A stretch of DNA of 63,295 nucleotides, the filler included, from Neolecta irregularis DAH-3 (taxonomy: Eukaryota): the NCBI GenBank assembly GCA_001929475.1. It is 10 parts of 10 records of this genome, joined end to end, with 100 filler letters (N's around TTAATTAATTAA, not from the genome) between each part and the next. Parts side by side here need not be neighbours in the genome. Positions count along the whole stretch, not along the records: positions 13,717 to 18,391 come from LXFE01000613.1; positions 18,492 to 25,273 come from LXFE01000614.1; positions 25,374 to 28,778 come from LXFE01000615.1; 7 more parts are not named here. One strand, 5' to 3'. Shown here piece by piece: positions 13,717-26,439 of the stretch. A program made the translations under genes and the position numbers. The first letter of the stretch is position 1. Each line of letters starts with the position of its first letter. The notes below the pieces were generated by a model. The model saw only the letters and a list, made by a program, of their open reading frames with translations, made no database searches and was not told where the DNA came from.

Positions 13717-13797
13717 CAAAATTATTGCCGGTCTGGTCTGGTCTACTTGGACCGTCTACTTGGACCGTCTATTTGGTCCAGTTGGTTAGGAACGCTG
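13717..13797 (-). mobile_element. Probable terminus of a hAT-like DNA transposon (rest in gap)
   Basis: Minus strand begins CAGCGTTCCTAA, followed by subterminal repeats (plus strand TACTTGGACCGTC x2 plus a degenerate copy, GGTCT x3). Confidence 0.5.
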
Positions 13798-13974
13798 GTT
13801 GAGCATTTATTCTTTCAGGGGAATATTAGATTTATTTCAATGTCTAAGCCAATTGATCTACTCATCATGTACCCTTCAGACTCGCGACTTGACTTGTTCG
13901 GAATATGAATTTTTTGACACATTCATTAAATTATTAAACAGTAAATGCATTTACAAGAGCTTGTCGCACACAGG

Positions 13975-14123
13975 CAGACTTGCTAACAAGTAAGTAAGTC
14001 CAAGTCTGGACTTTGGACTTACTTACTTGCTAATTTTTGTCCGCCGGACTTACTTACTTACTTGCTTTGTAAGCAAGTAAGTAAGTAAATTCTACTTGAA
14101 AGTTTTACTTATTAGCAAGTCTG
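13975..14123. mobile_element. 149-bp MITE, hAT-type (8-bp TSD)
   Basis: 19-bp TIRs CAGACTTGCTAA(C/T)AAGTAA with one mismatch. Identical 8-bp flanks CACACAGG at 13967-13974 and 14124-14131. Internal AAGT/ACTT arrays. Confidence 0.9.
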
Positions 14124-14865
14124 CACACAGGTTGTAGTTGTAGAGTATTCGAGGATTCTAAGATTCTAGCAATACAGAAGAAAATAGGAAAACGAGAAAA
14201 AAGATTCTTTGTTTCTTAGCTGGATGGATAGAGCATTATCCACCGTTTCGACAAACGGGCAGATACAGGACTACTTATAAATTTGCAAGAATGAGTTATG
14301 TCATTGAAGAAAACCATGGAAACGTATAATAATAGAAAACCCATCAGATACGTGTATCATTTTCGTACGACAACCTCTCCAAACGTTGCCTCGAGTTGAA
14401 AAGTGTCGTCTGAAAAGATATGGTAATTCTGAGGTATTATGTGCCTATAACCCTGAGAAATCAACTGTGGAGACGTAATCTGCTCCTGCAATTACAGACA
14501 AATGACATTGGAGTTGTAACACTTGTGGATGATATATTGTTCGATTAGAATAATCTTAACGAAGCAAAAAGCAAAAATGACTTCGAACGGAAAAAGGACC
14601 ACAAATGATTCATTCTCCCTATTCGGCCTTTTCCTTTGCTTACCGTCAATCTCCCTAAATCCGATATTACCTACCAACAGAATCTCGTTTGTCCCGGTTT
14701 GCTGAATAATTCTTTCTTTTTGTCCCCATGTCTCAATTTAATCATCCTGTCTTGGGTCTCTTGCTTTCATCGAATAAAGAGAACAAGCCCGGACGACTTA
14801 TATACTTTCGATAGCCTACAATTTTCTCTTCAATTTATTCCTTTTCAAAGCCAACTACTATTTAA

Positions 14866-15359
14866 ATGTCGGACGAGCTGGACTTGCTGACTTCGAATGA
14901 AACCCCTTCCAATCTCAGTCCAACTTCTACCAAGCCTTCATCTACTCAACCTGTTGCAAGTTCTATAGCATCTTCAAAATCCCCTCTCGTTTACCCAGGC
15001 CCCAATGGCCAGCTGGTGTCTCCTCATCAGCAGTCTGGTATGAACCAGCCTGTTGCACACAAAAGTTCATTTCGGTATCCAGCCGTTGGAGTTGATCAGT
15101 CTAACGCAATAGAACCTCCCTCGTTGCACTTGTGGTTATAGCCATACCATTTTTACTTCTCACCTACTGCCTCGCCCGGAAATGTGGATGTATCAAACGT
15201 AAACCGAAGCACAAAATGCCCGTATACGCTCCTTCTCATCCAATCGTTCATCATGCACCACCGCCCTTCTATCCGCAGCAGCAACCATATCCGGCGACCT
15301 ACTGGCCCAACAACCCCGACTATTCGAGAAAGCAGCAGTCTTCATATGTCACACAATGA
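14866..15359 (+). CDS. Small single-pass membrane protein (S/T/P-rich N-terminus, TM helix, P/Y/Q-rich tail), 2 exons
   Basis: Intron 15075-15112 (GTATCC...CTAAC GCAATAG) joins the two ORFs in frame: SSFRTSLVALVVIAIPFLLLTYCLARKCGC...PPPFYPQQQPYP. Confidence 0.6.
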
Positions 15360-16077
15360 TATTAGAGAATGGAAGTAAACAGGGGATAGCCCAGTCAATG
15401 AGTAAACTTTCTTTAATTATGGTGCAATATGCAGTCAAGGCACGGCGTAAATATCTAATAGTCCTCTTCGGAGTCTGGGACAATTTCTTTCTATATTCAA
15501 AACCATTAGTTATAGAGAATCATAGCTAAGAACTTGGCTAGGAGAAGTCTTATATATACCGAATCCCACTCCGTCTGAACATGTCCACTAAAATGGAAAA
15601 CTTGGTACCGCGAATTAGCTCAAAATGCGATGGATAAAGGGACTCTTCTGCAAATAGCTAACCAATGTCATCCATATTGCAGTGAATTTACAGGACCAAT
15701 ATGGGCGGTATCAGCGATTCAAGAATCCTTTATCTTGTGGTGTATAGAATGTGAAAGAGTGCACCCCTTATTCCTGAGGTATTATTTGCTCAACCGATCG
15801 TCTTTCTCTGGAGCACTGGGCGTTACCAGGAATGTTAATGTCTAGGCGTTTGGCTACGATCTTGGTGTAATTGACCTGGGCTTAGCGCGTGTAAACAATC
15901 AGAATATCATATTCATGAAACGAGATCTTGTGAAAGATGAAGTTAAATCATTGTCAGCTACAGCTACATTTTTTTACAGCATTAAGAACGTAAACTAACA
16001 ACAAGTACACAGGGTCATGCAAAACAAACAGCAACTTTCAACCCAAAATAAACAAAAGCGACAGCAATCAAGACCGG

Positions 16078-17758
16078 TTATTCTGAAATTACAGGTGCCG
16101 CAGTGCGGTGATGTCGCGCAGCCTTCACAGCAGCAGCAGCACACAACGCACTTCCAACACCACTTCCATCCTTTGCAATTCCCATTTTAATACGTGGTTC
16201 ATTCTCTGGCCCAATAATTTCTCTAAGAGCTTCTCGTGTCATCTCTTCAAACTTAGGATAGAACTCTGCAAGAGAACCGTCGATACCAACATCCAGATCT
16301 CCACTCGTCTCTGAAAGACCACAGTGAAGAAAAGTTCCTGCAATTGCGATGCTAGCTAACCGCGCACTTCTCCGCCCAATTGCTCTGGAGACGTTGTAAA
16401 CAATCCGGAGATCGAGGTCAGAAGCTCCGTGAATACCGAGTTTCTCGAGAACAATTTCGTGAACCAGTTTGAACGAGACCGAGGGATCGCTGCTAATCAT
16501 GGTGAGAACAGAGGTGTCAACGCCCCAAGGCTTTTGAAGGGTTGAACTAGCCTGGTACTTGAATAATCCATAACAAGTCAAATGAAGAAGAGCACGCCGA
16601 AATAGCTCGCCTAGAAACATTCCGGATACTCGTTTTTCAAACAGATGTTTGCCGGGGTTGGGTGTATTCTTGTCTACTTCCTTGTCGAAAATAGTATTAG
16701 GAAGTACAATCAGCTGATATAGTCAGTGGGAAATCACAAAAAGATCTCATACAGGACAATCGAAGCTGCCCCATTCCATGTTTACGATCATATTATCGGA
16801 ATCAAATTGCCCTGCGCATTTTCTGATTTTATTTGTTTTTTCAATATATGCACCATTAGTTCCGGTTCCGAAGATACAACCCAGACGATGATGGTCTCCC
16901 GGCGCAACATAAGAGCGAGCCATAAGCGTCCCAACCGTATCATTCACAAGAGCAACGATTTTTACTGGAATATTACGATTATCGAGTTCTGTTTGTAGGA
17001 GAATGACGATATCTTTACCAATTGCTTCCTGGACAGTATAAACATCTTTAGAGAAGGGCAGAACAAACCTTGACTTCAAATCCCTTGGTCCATCTGATAA
17101 GAGTCCCTCTATCAATTGCAGTTTGTTCTACAGGAAAAGAGAACGTGAAACCCATGTTGAATGATTTTCCGGTTTTCGCGCCTTCGTGATATTCTTTGAT
17201 AAAGATTCCCACTTGTTCCGCGATAAATCCGAATAAATCCGAGGCACTGGACGCCTTTTGGAGTTCCTGCGGGACGGCCGTTTTATGCTGGTGAATATCG
17301 AATTTTCCTCTGCCCTTTAATCTTACACTACAAACACGAAGATTCGTTCCTCCCAAATCAAGGGCCAAGAATGTTCCAGTTTCGGTTCCGTCGGGGATTT
17401 CCGTTACTGAGAGTCAGAAATCAAAAACATGATAAAGCACGAACCGAAAGTAGGAAGCATGCCCATGAGCTGACCCTTTGTGTTCAATCCCAGATCTAAG
17501 AGTGTTAGGAAGTCGTCTGCAAACATAGGAAGCAATACTCATCAACCGCCGGAATTCTGCAACGGCCCGCTTCAGATGCTCGGTATCAAAGTCAAATTTG
17601 CCAATGATCAGGTCCGCTTCCTCGGGAAAATCGCTCTTATTGTGTTGAATAGTAGCATTTAGCTGATGGCGATTCTGATATGCGATCGCAGCCACAAAGG
17701 GCAAGACAGCCAGTAAATGAGTGCCATAATTATCAAAAAATTGAGAAACCCAAGACAT
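16078..17758 (-). CDS. Glucokinase/hexokinase (GLK1/GlkA-like), multi-exon
   Basis: ALDLGGTNLRVCSV, GFTFSFPVEQ, LIRWTKGF, VNDTVGTLMARSY, IFGTGTNGAY, NMEWGSFD, GIDGSL, AKDGSGVG. Confidence 0.95.
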
Positions 17759-18491
17759 TTGGTCTAGAGATGAAGATACAACGAGGAAAGTTGTATGAGG
17801 GGAAGAGTACTTGGGGTGGTTAGGGCGGAGCGTCGGGGTTGTCTCTGATTGGTTTTTGCAGTCGGTTACGCAAGTGGCGCCCGCGCGATTCACGTCACGT
17901 TGCTTTAGTCGTGGATTCAAAGATGACCGGATCAAACCGATTGGAAAATTAGAGTCCCGCAAGGACGAATCTAACCCCAACTATTGTCTTTTCTATGCGA
18001 AATAACTGTCTACAGAGACTACATATACGTGTAAATGATGTCAACCATAAATAAAGAACGTTCCACTCATTCCTCAGCCGGGTCAGACATATTCCAGGAA
18101 TGCGAACAGTAGGACAAATGGAAGAACCCATGAAATCACGTCTAGATAGTCTTTTCTCTTTGTAAAAAAAATTGAAATCAAGCCTAGATGGTCTTTCGCT
18201 TATTAAAAAGTTTGAATATCAAGAATAATAAAAACGAAATAATATCGAAAGACTATATCACGTTGGACTTGAGACCACTATGTATCGAGCTTAAGGAATC
18301 GAACAAGCTCATCTGAATATGACAAATAATAGATAAGCGACAGGTGAATGATTGCTACTTACAAGGCCCCATTCTGAACCCCCCCCCCCCCNNNNNNNNN
18401 NNNNNNNNNNNNNNNNNNNNNNNNNNNNNNNNNNNTTAATTAATTAANNNNNNNNNNNNNNNNNNNNNNNNNNNNNNNNNNNNNNNNNNNN

Positions 18492-18618
18492 CCCTGCCGT
18501 TAGCGGCGGCAGGACAGAATCCCACCGGAACGCATTGTTGTACGCAGCACTCGGCGGGGGATATTGCTGCTGCTGCTGCTGTTGTTGCTGCTGTTGTTGT
18601 TGCAGCTGCTGTTGTTGC

Positions 18619-18666
<48 letters not shown>

Positions 18667-18710
18667 GGGCCATGGCTCTGGTGCCAGCCCGGATGTCGCT
18701 CGTCCGTCAT
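18492..18710 (-). CDS. 5' end of a polyglutamine protein, truncated by gap
   Basis: ATG 18710: MTDERHPGWHQSHGP, about 33 Gln with one Leu, then YPPPSAAYNNAFRWDSVLPPLTAG into the N spacer. Confidence 0.55.
18564..18666. repeat. (CTG/TTG)n trinucleotide repeat (CAG/CAA on minus strand)
   Basis: About 34 triplets, seen directly. Confidence 0.95.
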
Positions 18711-18926
18711 TATCAGGCTGCTGCGCTCCAGACTGCTCGGCGTGGAGAGAACGAACGGAATCGGCGGTGCGCAATAGCAAGTTGGGTTGCCAACACAAAC
18801 TGTCCTTCCCTCCCCCCCCCGTGACGCCTCCCGCACTTTTAACCACCAAATTATGCTACATCATCATTCCAATAAAATACTGCCTATTGTACAAAATAAA
18901 GAAAGACAAATCCTTCTCCGTTATTA

Positions 18927-21210
18927 TCAACTCGATGACGTAGCGCCTTTCGCTTGCACCTTGGAACTCCAACTCCCGAGCGTATCCCTCGCAAACTTCA
19001 ACTTGGTCAGAATCTCCGGGCATTCACACACAGCCTGCGATAATGTCCACGTATGGAACCCGCGTTTTTTGTCGATATATCGAATTATCCCACCCTCTTC
19101 TTCCAGAATAAGTTTACAGTGATCTTGAAAGTTGAACTGCCCGTCAGCAATCTTGTCCCCCGCATACACATACCTGAATAGAACGGTTACTAAACCGAAA
19201 CATGATCGCCATTCGAGTGCGTAGATAATGAGTCATAAATCCAGCATTCTCAACAGTTCTAACAGTCGACCCAGCATCTGCCTTGCAAAGATTTTGCATC
19301 ATGTATCCCTTGAAATGCTTCAGCAGATACACCTTCTTGACTAGTTCCGTAGGATGACTCGTCATGGTACATGGCATTCTTCTCAGCCCAGATGAAGAGG
19401 ATGCAGTAATGTAATCCAGATTATGCTCATCGGGAGATAATATAACGCTCGTCGAGTCGTTAAAGTACACACCAACTGAACCATCTGACAGTTGATATCC
19501 CAACCCGTACCGGTTGGAATAGTCAACCCATTTGGTTATGAACAGCGCAGTCGAAGGAAGAGCTCGTTTTGGAAAGTGAGGAAGGCGCACAGGGTTGTCC
19601 AATGCCAGTCCAATGTTTTCTGTCAACGTTTTAACACTTGTCCAAATTGACTTTTCTGAAGATGGCGGCTGAGACTTGGGCAAGTTTGTAGCAACAGAAC
19701 TTGCCCTCGTGGCTGGTCTTGAATGGATTGAACTGACTAGGCTCCGTTTACTATCGGGTCGATTATCGAGACTTTGAACAAGGTTTTCTTTCTTGCTTAG
19801 ATTACTCGCCGCAGAGACAAAAACTTTCTTAGGTTTAGGATTTTGCGGGGAGAGACTTTGCGGCAGTATGCCATTTCCCTGTCGAGCTTCATCAACAACT
19901 AGACTAACACTCCGCCCGACTTCTCCAGCGACCTTGGTATCTGCGTTTCCGAGTCCGCTATTAGCCGCTACAAATTCCCAGTTTTGGCGAGTTTGTAGAC
20001 GAGGTTGTCGTTCAAAGTAGGGTTGCATGTCAAGAGCTGTTACTGGTATTGATCGGGGCATGGGCCCCATCTGAAAGAAAGGATGCAACGAGATTTGGTC
20101 AATCGTAGGTCGATGTTCCGGATTGTGGCTGAGTAATGATGTAATTAAGCTTTTGGATTCAGTAGATAGAATAATTTTCTCGGGAAAGTCATAACGGTTC
20201 TCCTTGATTTTTCTCCGAGTTAGTTAAATATATGCTGTGGGTGTAGGTACTTGTAGATAGCCTTGACATCTTTACTCTGAAAAGGCGGTTTCCCCACAAG
20301 CATAGCATATCTACCAACGGTCAGCATTCATCAAGGCATCAAAACCGAACAAAATGACACCCACACTCCACAAATCCACTTCAAAACTATGTCCATCTTG
20401 ATTTCCAAACAAGACCTCTGGAGCAATATAATTTGGTGTCCCGCATATAGTTTTCTTCCTCTCGGTATCGTTGACCAATAATGCTGCTAACCCAAAATCT
20501 CCAATCTTGAGATTCATATCAGCGTCCAGAAAGATATTCCCAAGTTTAAGATCTCGGTGGATGACTTTTCGACCATGCATATATTTTAATGCACCGAGGA
20601 TTTGCAAGAGGTAGAACCTTGCTTCGGATTCAGATAATCTTTTTCGACGGCGAAGAAATTCCATGAGAGTCTAAATTTTAGCAGGGATAATCGATGCAAA
20701 CGCACTCTGTTTTCGCAAAGTTCCAGGATCATATACACATTTACTTCATCTTCAAAACAGTCTTGAAAACCGACGATATTGGGGTGGTCCATAGACTGGT
20801 GAACTTTGATTTCTCCATACAGCTGATCATGTAAACAAACGATCTCCATAGAGGGTGTAAACCTTTTGTTTTGTTTTTGAACTTTTTAAAGTTGATTTGG
20901 CAATAACTTTTACTGCATATCTCTGTCCCAACTTATCCTGAACTTCAAAGCATCTCGCAAATCCACCCTGAAATCGTCAACAAGTCCGTTTTTAGTAATT
21001 GTATACTTCGCCGAGACACCCTGAGCGTTGATATACTTCATTTCTCCTTGGATCTCTGATCTGCGTTGGAGGAGTTAAGACTAAGCTTGAAGGCTTGACA
21101 TGTTTATCTTTCGGAGCGGGTGTTTTCGGAGTTTTCTTGGCCGGCGAGGGGTATTTTCGTTGAGGAAGAGTATTAATGGGGATATTAGTGGAAATTGGCC
21201 TAAAGGCCAT
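18927..21210 (-). CDS. plo1: Polo-like kinase (Plo1/Cdc5), multi-exon
   Basis: Kinase motifs [35 protein letters not shown]. Polo boxes [31 protein letters not shown] and [12 protein letters not shown]. Confidence 0.97.
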
Positions 21211-21584
21211 GACTGACGGTGAAACAGTTCTCTGAGAAAAGTCACTGTTTGAATTGGGCGAAGCTCTGAAAAGGTGAGTTTTGGTGGTATGGTTGATGTA
21301 AACAACCACCAAATTCTAAAATAGGAAAGTTGGCAAAATATTTGGGCTGGGCAATGCGAGGACTTCAAGATATACATCAGAATACTGAATAATGATAAGT
21401 TGAATATGTTTTATCTAAAAGTACATGTGTCTAGCTGAATGCATATCTGCTAGAAAAAGGCCCATGAGGAGTAATAATAGTGTTTGGTTGTATTTGCGCT
21501 TCTGGCGTTGCGGTTGTCTGAGGTGAGGTGTCCAAAAAACAGCAGAGTTCCTCCTTTATCCTTATTTGTACTTGAACAAGAATA

Positions 21585-24500
21585 ATGTCTTCCGCCGACG
21601 AAGAGATACCGCCATACCTGGATGAAAGCGGTATGTTATGATTTTAAAATTTTGTATCCAACCTACATTCAGGTTCATCGCTACCTCCTTCGCAAAAAGT
21701 CCATTCAAATTCGCGGATTACAAAGGAAGAAGACGCTCAGATGGACAGAGAGCAGTCTCCTGTGCTGAATGGCTATGAACACACTATCCGCATTGGTCCC
21801 AAAAGGACACATGGAGGATCTCCGGCTGGTCATCGGCAAGATAGCGACCAAGACAAGCCCTTGGTAGCAGAATTCCCGCTACATTTATAATATTTACGTG
21901 TCAAGGCTTCTCAGCCCTCTATAAACGGCGTCAAGAGACCTATTGATTCAGACTCTGAGGAAGAAATTCCACTTTCAAAGCGATCGTTGAAGAGACGCAA
22001 AAAAGTCGATCAAAGGATGAAGATTACAGATATTCCCTCCAAACCTCAACCTTCATCCAAAGAAAAAAAACCACCAGCGAAAAGATTGAAAGTAGAAGTT
22101 CAACAGGAAGATGCTCAAAGTCTTTCTGATAGGAGCGACGAAGATGTCCCGCTCTCCAAGAAACATAACAAACGAAAGAAAATCGAATCCAACAATGACC
22201 ATTTTGAAGATTCATCTGCTTCTCAAGGAAAGAAAGAAAGTTTATCTGTCAAGAAGAAATTTATCACCAAGAATACAGAATCTAGAGACAAGCCAGTTGC
22301 GAAGATAAAGAAGGCGGTAGCAGCAGTCAAGAAAGAAGATTCCGATTCCGACGATGACAAACCACTTACAAAACGCTTTCCTACCAAGTCTAGGAAGAAG
22401 GAGGATGATAAAAGCCCGGTAAAGAAACGCGTCAAGACAAAGAGCAACAACCAAGGATCTGAAACCCCGGTTAAAGAAGAGAAAAAAACCAAGACGGAAG
22501 GAGGAGACGAGGATGTGACGAATAAAGAAGAGGAAGAAGAATATAAATGGTGGGAAGCCGATCAGGGAGATGGAACTCAAAAGTGGACTACACTTGAACA
22601 TAATGGAGTGCTATTTCCGCCGCCATACGAGCCGTTACCCAAAGACATCAAAATGAAATACGACAGTGCGTTATTCCCGAGTGAAAGGATTAACAGTTCC
22701 AGGCCAACCAGTAACTCTTGAACCGGAAGCCGAAGAGGTGGCAGGTTTTTTTGGGGCGATGTTGGCTAGCCAACATGTCGAAAACCCCAAATTCGTCGCT
22801 AATTTTTTCGATGATTTTCTAGACATACTCAAGAAACATAAACCTGTTTGTTTCCATTTTTGGGGAATATCTAATTATAGAGCATTCCTATTAAGAAATT
22901 TGAGAAATGCGATTTCCGGCCAATGTTTGATTATTTTGAAATAAAACGGGAAGAGAAGAAACAGGCATCTAAAGAAGAGAAGAAAGCGATCAAGGAAGAA
23001 AAAGAAAAACTTGAAGAACAGTATAAATTCTGTATGTTGGATAGTCGAAAAGAGCAAGTTGGAAATTTTCGAATCGAACCTCCAGGGTTATTCCGTGGTC
23101 GAGGAGATCATCCCAAGACGGGTCGACTCAAGGTGAGAGAGCTTCCCCGGATGATTACAAGGTTACTGATCAAAGTAGACTCGCGTTATGCCTGAGCAGA
23201 TTTCGATAAATATTGGTCAAGATGCAACTGTTCCAGAACCGCCTCCAGGTCATTCTTGGGGTGAAGTTCGACATGATAATACGGTTACTTGGCTTGCAAC
23301 GTGGAATGAAAATATCAACAATAATACAAAATACGTGTTTCTGGCAGCTGGATCTTCCTTAAAAGGTCAATCTGATATGAAAAAATTCGAAAAAGCACGT
23401 ATGCTAAAAGTAGGTTTTTTCACTTTTAGAGAAAAGGTGATGTGAATGTATAGGACCACATTGACCAGATACGTAAAGACTATACGAACGAATTGAAAGA
23501 TGAAGTGATGCAGACTCGTCAACGGGCTACGGCAATGTATCTTATTGACCGATTTGCACTTCGAGCAGGTAACGAGAAAGGCGAAGATGAAGCGGATACC
23601 GTTGGATGTTGTTCCCTTAAATTCCAACACGTTACTCTGAAACCTCCAAATATAGTTATTTTTGATTTCCTTGGCAAGGATTCGATTCGTTATTATAATG
23701 AAGTTTCAGTTGATCCACAGGTTTTCAAAAACCTAAAGATATTCAAGAAGCCGCCGAAAACGGAGAACGATCTCTTGTTTGACCGATTAAACGTATCGAG
23801 GTCCGGTTTTATAAGGCTGATGAGTAGACGACTATGCTGAATAAACATTTGCAGAATTATATGTCTGGGTTGACAGCCAAGGTGTTTCGTACTTATAATG
23901 CTTCATGGACATTTCAGAATGAATTGGTAAATACACCTGCAGATGCAAGTGTGGCGGAGAAGATATTAGCATACAACAGGGCGAATCGGCAGGTGGCGAT
24001 ATTATGTAATCATCAGAGATCCGTGTCGAAAGCTCATGGCGCACAAATGGAGAAGTTGCAAGAGAAGGTAGATGTTTTGGGAAAGGAGGGCTGATATGTA
24101 GGTCCGGGGGATGAAGTATCAGCGGGTTCGATTACAGCGGATGATTATGTCGCTTGATTCCAAATTATTGAAAAAACAACCCGAGTTGGACGAGTATCCG
24201 AGTGACATTGAAGATTCGTGGATCGCTAAACATCAATCCTCACTAATTGAAAAAGAGCGAGAAAAGATTCAAAAGAAAATTGAAAAGGAGAATGAGAATG
24301 AGACTGGGAAAGCAGGAGGAGGACATCATTTCCTATCCGAATCTGAAATCAGTGAGCGGTTTCAAATATTGGAAGAAATGAAGCAGGAATTTGAAGAGGA
24401 AAATAAAACAAGACGAGTGGAACCTAAAAAAGCGGCAACTGTGGAAAAACTGGAGCAACAAATTGTGAAGTTAGACCAGCGTATTGAAGCTGCAAAGCTG

Positions 24501-24723
24501 CAAGCACAAGATCGGGAAGAGGGTAAAGAAACGGCTTTGGGGACGTCGAAGTTGAATTACCTAGATCCTCGGCTAACCAGTATTGTCTTTTTTTTACGTT
24601 TTGATTGACGGACTAGTTGCGTGGTGTCGGAAATATCAAGTACCTATAGAAAAGTTGTTTGCAAAGACTTTGAGGGATAAATTTAAATGGGCGCTGGTCG
24701 CGGACGAGGATTGGAAATTCTGA
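21585..24723 (+). CDS. TOP1: DNA topoisomerase I (type IB), multi-exon
   Basis: [60 protein letters not shown], catalytic SKLNYLDPR. Confidence 0.98.
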
Positions 24724-25528
24724 GATTAGATGATATTAGACATTGTCAACGAGATATCCTCATTTGTCTGATATGGAATCAACAGTAAGATGACACAAGT
24801 ACTGTAATAAGAGCAGACGTCAATAGTACGTCGATTGGAGTAGTTTGTATTCTATATATGCGCAGTATTACCTGATAAACACATGATTATACATACAAAT
24901 AGTCAAGTTGCAAGATGGATAGACATATATGAAACAAATAGTAGCGGCATCACAAGGGGTAGGAGTAACAGCGACGTCAGAGTGTATCATAGGTCATGGC
25001 CGGGTGATGCTTTGTATAACGCAATACTGCACAAAAAACATGGACATGATGCGTCCAGATGAAACCGGGAATATCGGAACAGAGTATCGAGCATCGAGAG
25101 TGTGCCCCTAGTCATGAAAAATATTAGATGGTTCCCAAGATATACACTACATGATGCTACACTTTTCATCCTCGCTGCCCAGACGACTTGCCCTCTTGCG
25201 CCGCACATTGCGCTTGCTGTTTGCTGTTGGTGATGGTGTTGGTGATGCTGCTGCTGCTGCCGCTTCCGCCGCCNNNNNNNNNNNNNNNNNNNNNNNNNNN
25301 NNNNNNNNNNNNNNNNNTTAATTAATTAANNNNNNNNNNNNNNNNNNNNNNNNNNNNNNNNNNNNNNNNNNNNGTTTGCGCGGCGTGGTGCAGCAGCGGC
25401 ATGCCGCCCGCTCCGCCTCCGCCCGCCCAGGCTTGGTCGTGCTTGGCTCAGGGGCGATGCCACATTGCGGCCTCTCCTACTCCGCTGCCTTTAGCTCTAC
25501 CGCCGCGCTGCCCGCCCCGCCGCCCGCC

Positions 25529-26104
25529 CTACACCGCCATCATGCTCGCGTTTCCTGTGCCCCGCGCCCGGCCCCCGCCAACCGCCGATATCGCCACGGC
25601 CACCACGCTAGCCAGCCACGCTCCAAACGTAAACCACACAAAAACCCTGCCGCCCAGTCAGCAGCCACATACAGCCAGCCTTACGTCAACGCCTGCGCCT
25701 CGTGGCACCGCCGCGGAGACCCCCGCGTAATCGCGTTGCGCTCAACCCACCCCTTGTTCCCACACGTGTGCACCCCCAGCCCAATGGCAAGCGCAAGCCC
25801 TCCCGCAAGCAGAAACAGCATATTCAGCCCATCCACAATAAGAATAATCAGCGGGTCCAGCAGCCGAGGCGTCGCAAACGCGACTACAGGTCAGCCCCCG
25901 CCCATCTCCTGACTTGCGTAGTATCAGCACCAAAACAGACAGGCATGTCATCATCCCGCAGAATACTGCATAGTTTACTTGGCTCGGCGTATGTCCCAGC
26001 GTCTGGTGAACCATCGACGACGCTATGGCAAGCGTTATCACCCCCAGCAAAAACTGCGTCGGGCGCAGGAACTTTGTCGCAAGACTCTCAAAAAAGGATG
26101 GCAT
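25529..26104 (-). CDS. NCE102: MARVEL-domain tetraspan Nce102/Fhn1-like eisosome protein, 3 exons (first intron GC-AG)
   Basis: The spliced product reads ..TPSQVNYAVF..DGLNMLFLLAGGLALAIGLGVHTCGN..NAITRGSPRRCHEAQALTVFVWF.., the Nce102 signature. Confidence 0.85.
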
Positions 26105-26256
26105 GGTGGTGTCTCGCGGACAATCTCCGCCCTCCTATATACTAATCTTCGACTTTACGTCACCATGGTGTGGTCAGTGGCTGACAGCCACATTCTCCAT
26201 GGATTCTTTGATATTCGCGTCCTATCCTCGCTTCCGCGCTAGGTCCTTTCCGCTCG

Positions 26257-26439
26257 TCAAAGTTCCGCGCACTACTTGCCGATCCTCCCAAATACCCTTG
26301 AAAACAGCACGCCCACTTGTATCCAACGCACTCATTACCATCCCCCGTTCATGGTCACTCATTACCCAAACATCCTCTATTCCCGCCTTGGATGGTGCCC
26401 GATGCTGAATACGAACGTACTCGATTATGATCCAGTAGG
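26257..26439. repeat. Dispersed direct repeat copy 1 (copy 2 at 28550-28755)
   Basis: Long shared blocks such as CCCAAATACCCTTGAAAACAGCACGCCCACTTGTATCCAA and CTCTATTCCCGCCTTGGATGGTGCCCGA. Confidence 0.92.

Noticed and set aside
18436..18849. Poly-Ala, poly-Cys and poly-Leu ORFs
   Set aside because: Alternative frames of the CAG/CTG repeat. Third-position CAG/CAA variation favours the polyQ frame.
25376..26145. Plus-strand Pro/Ala-rich ORFs
   Set aside because: Antisense shadows of the GC-rich NCE102 gene.
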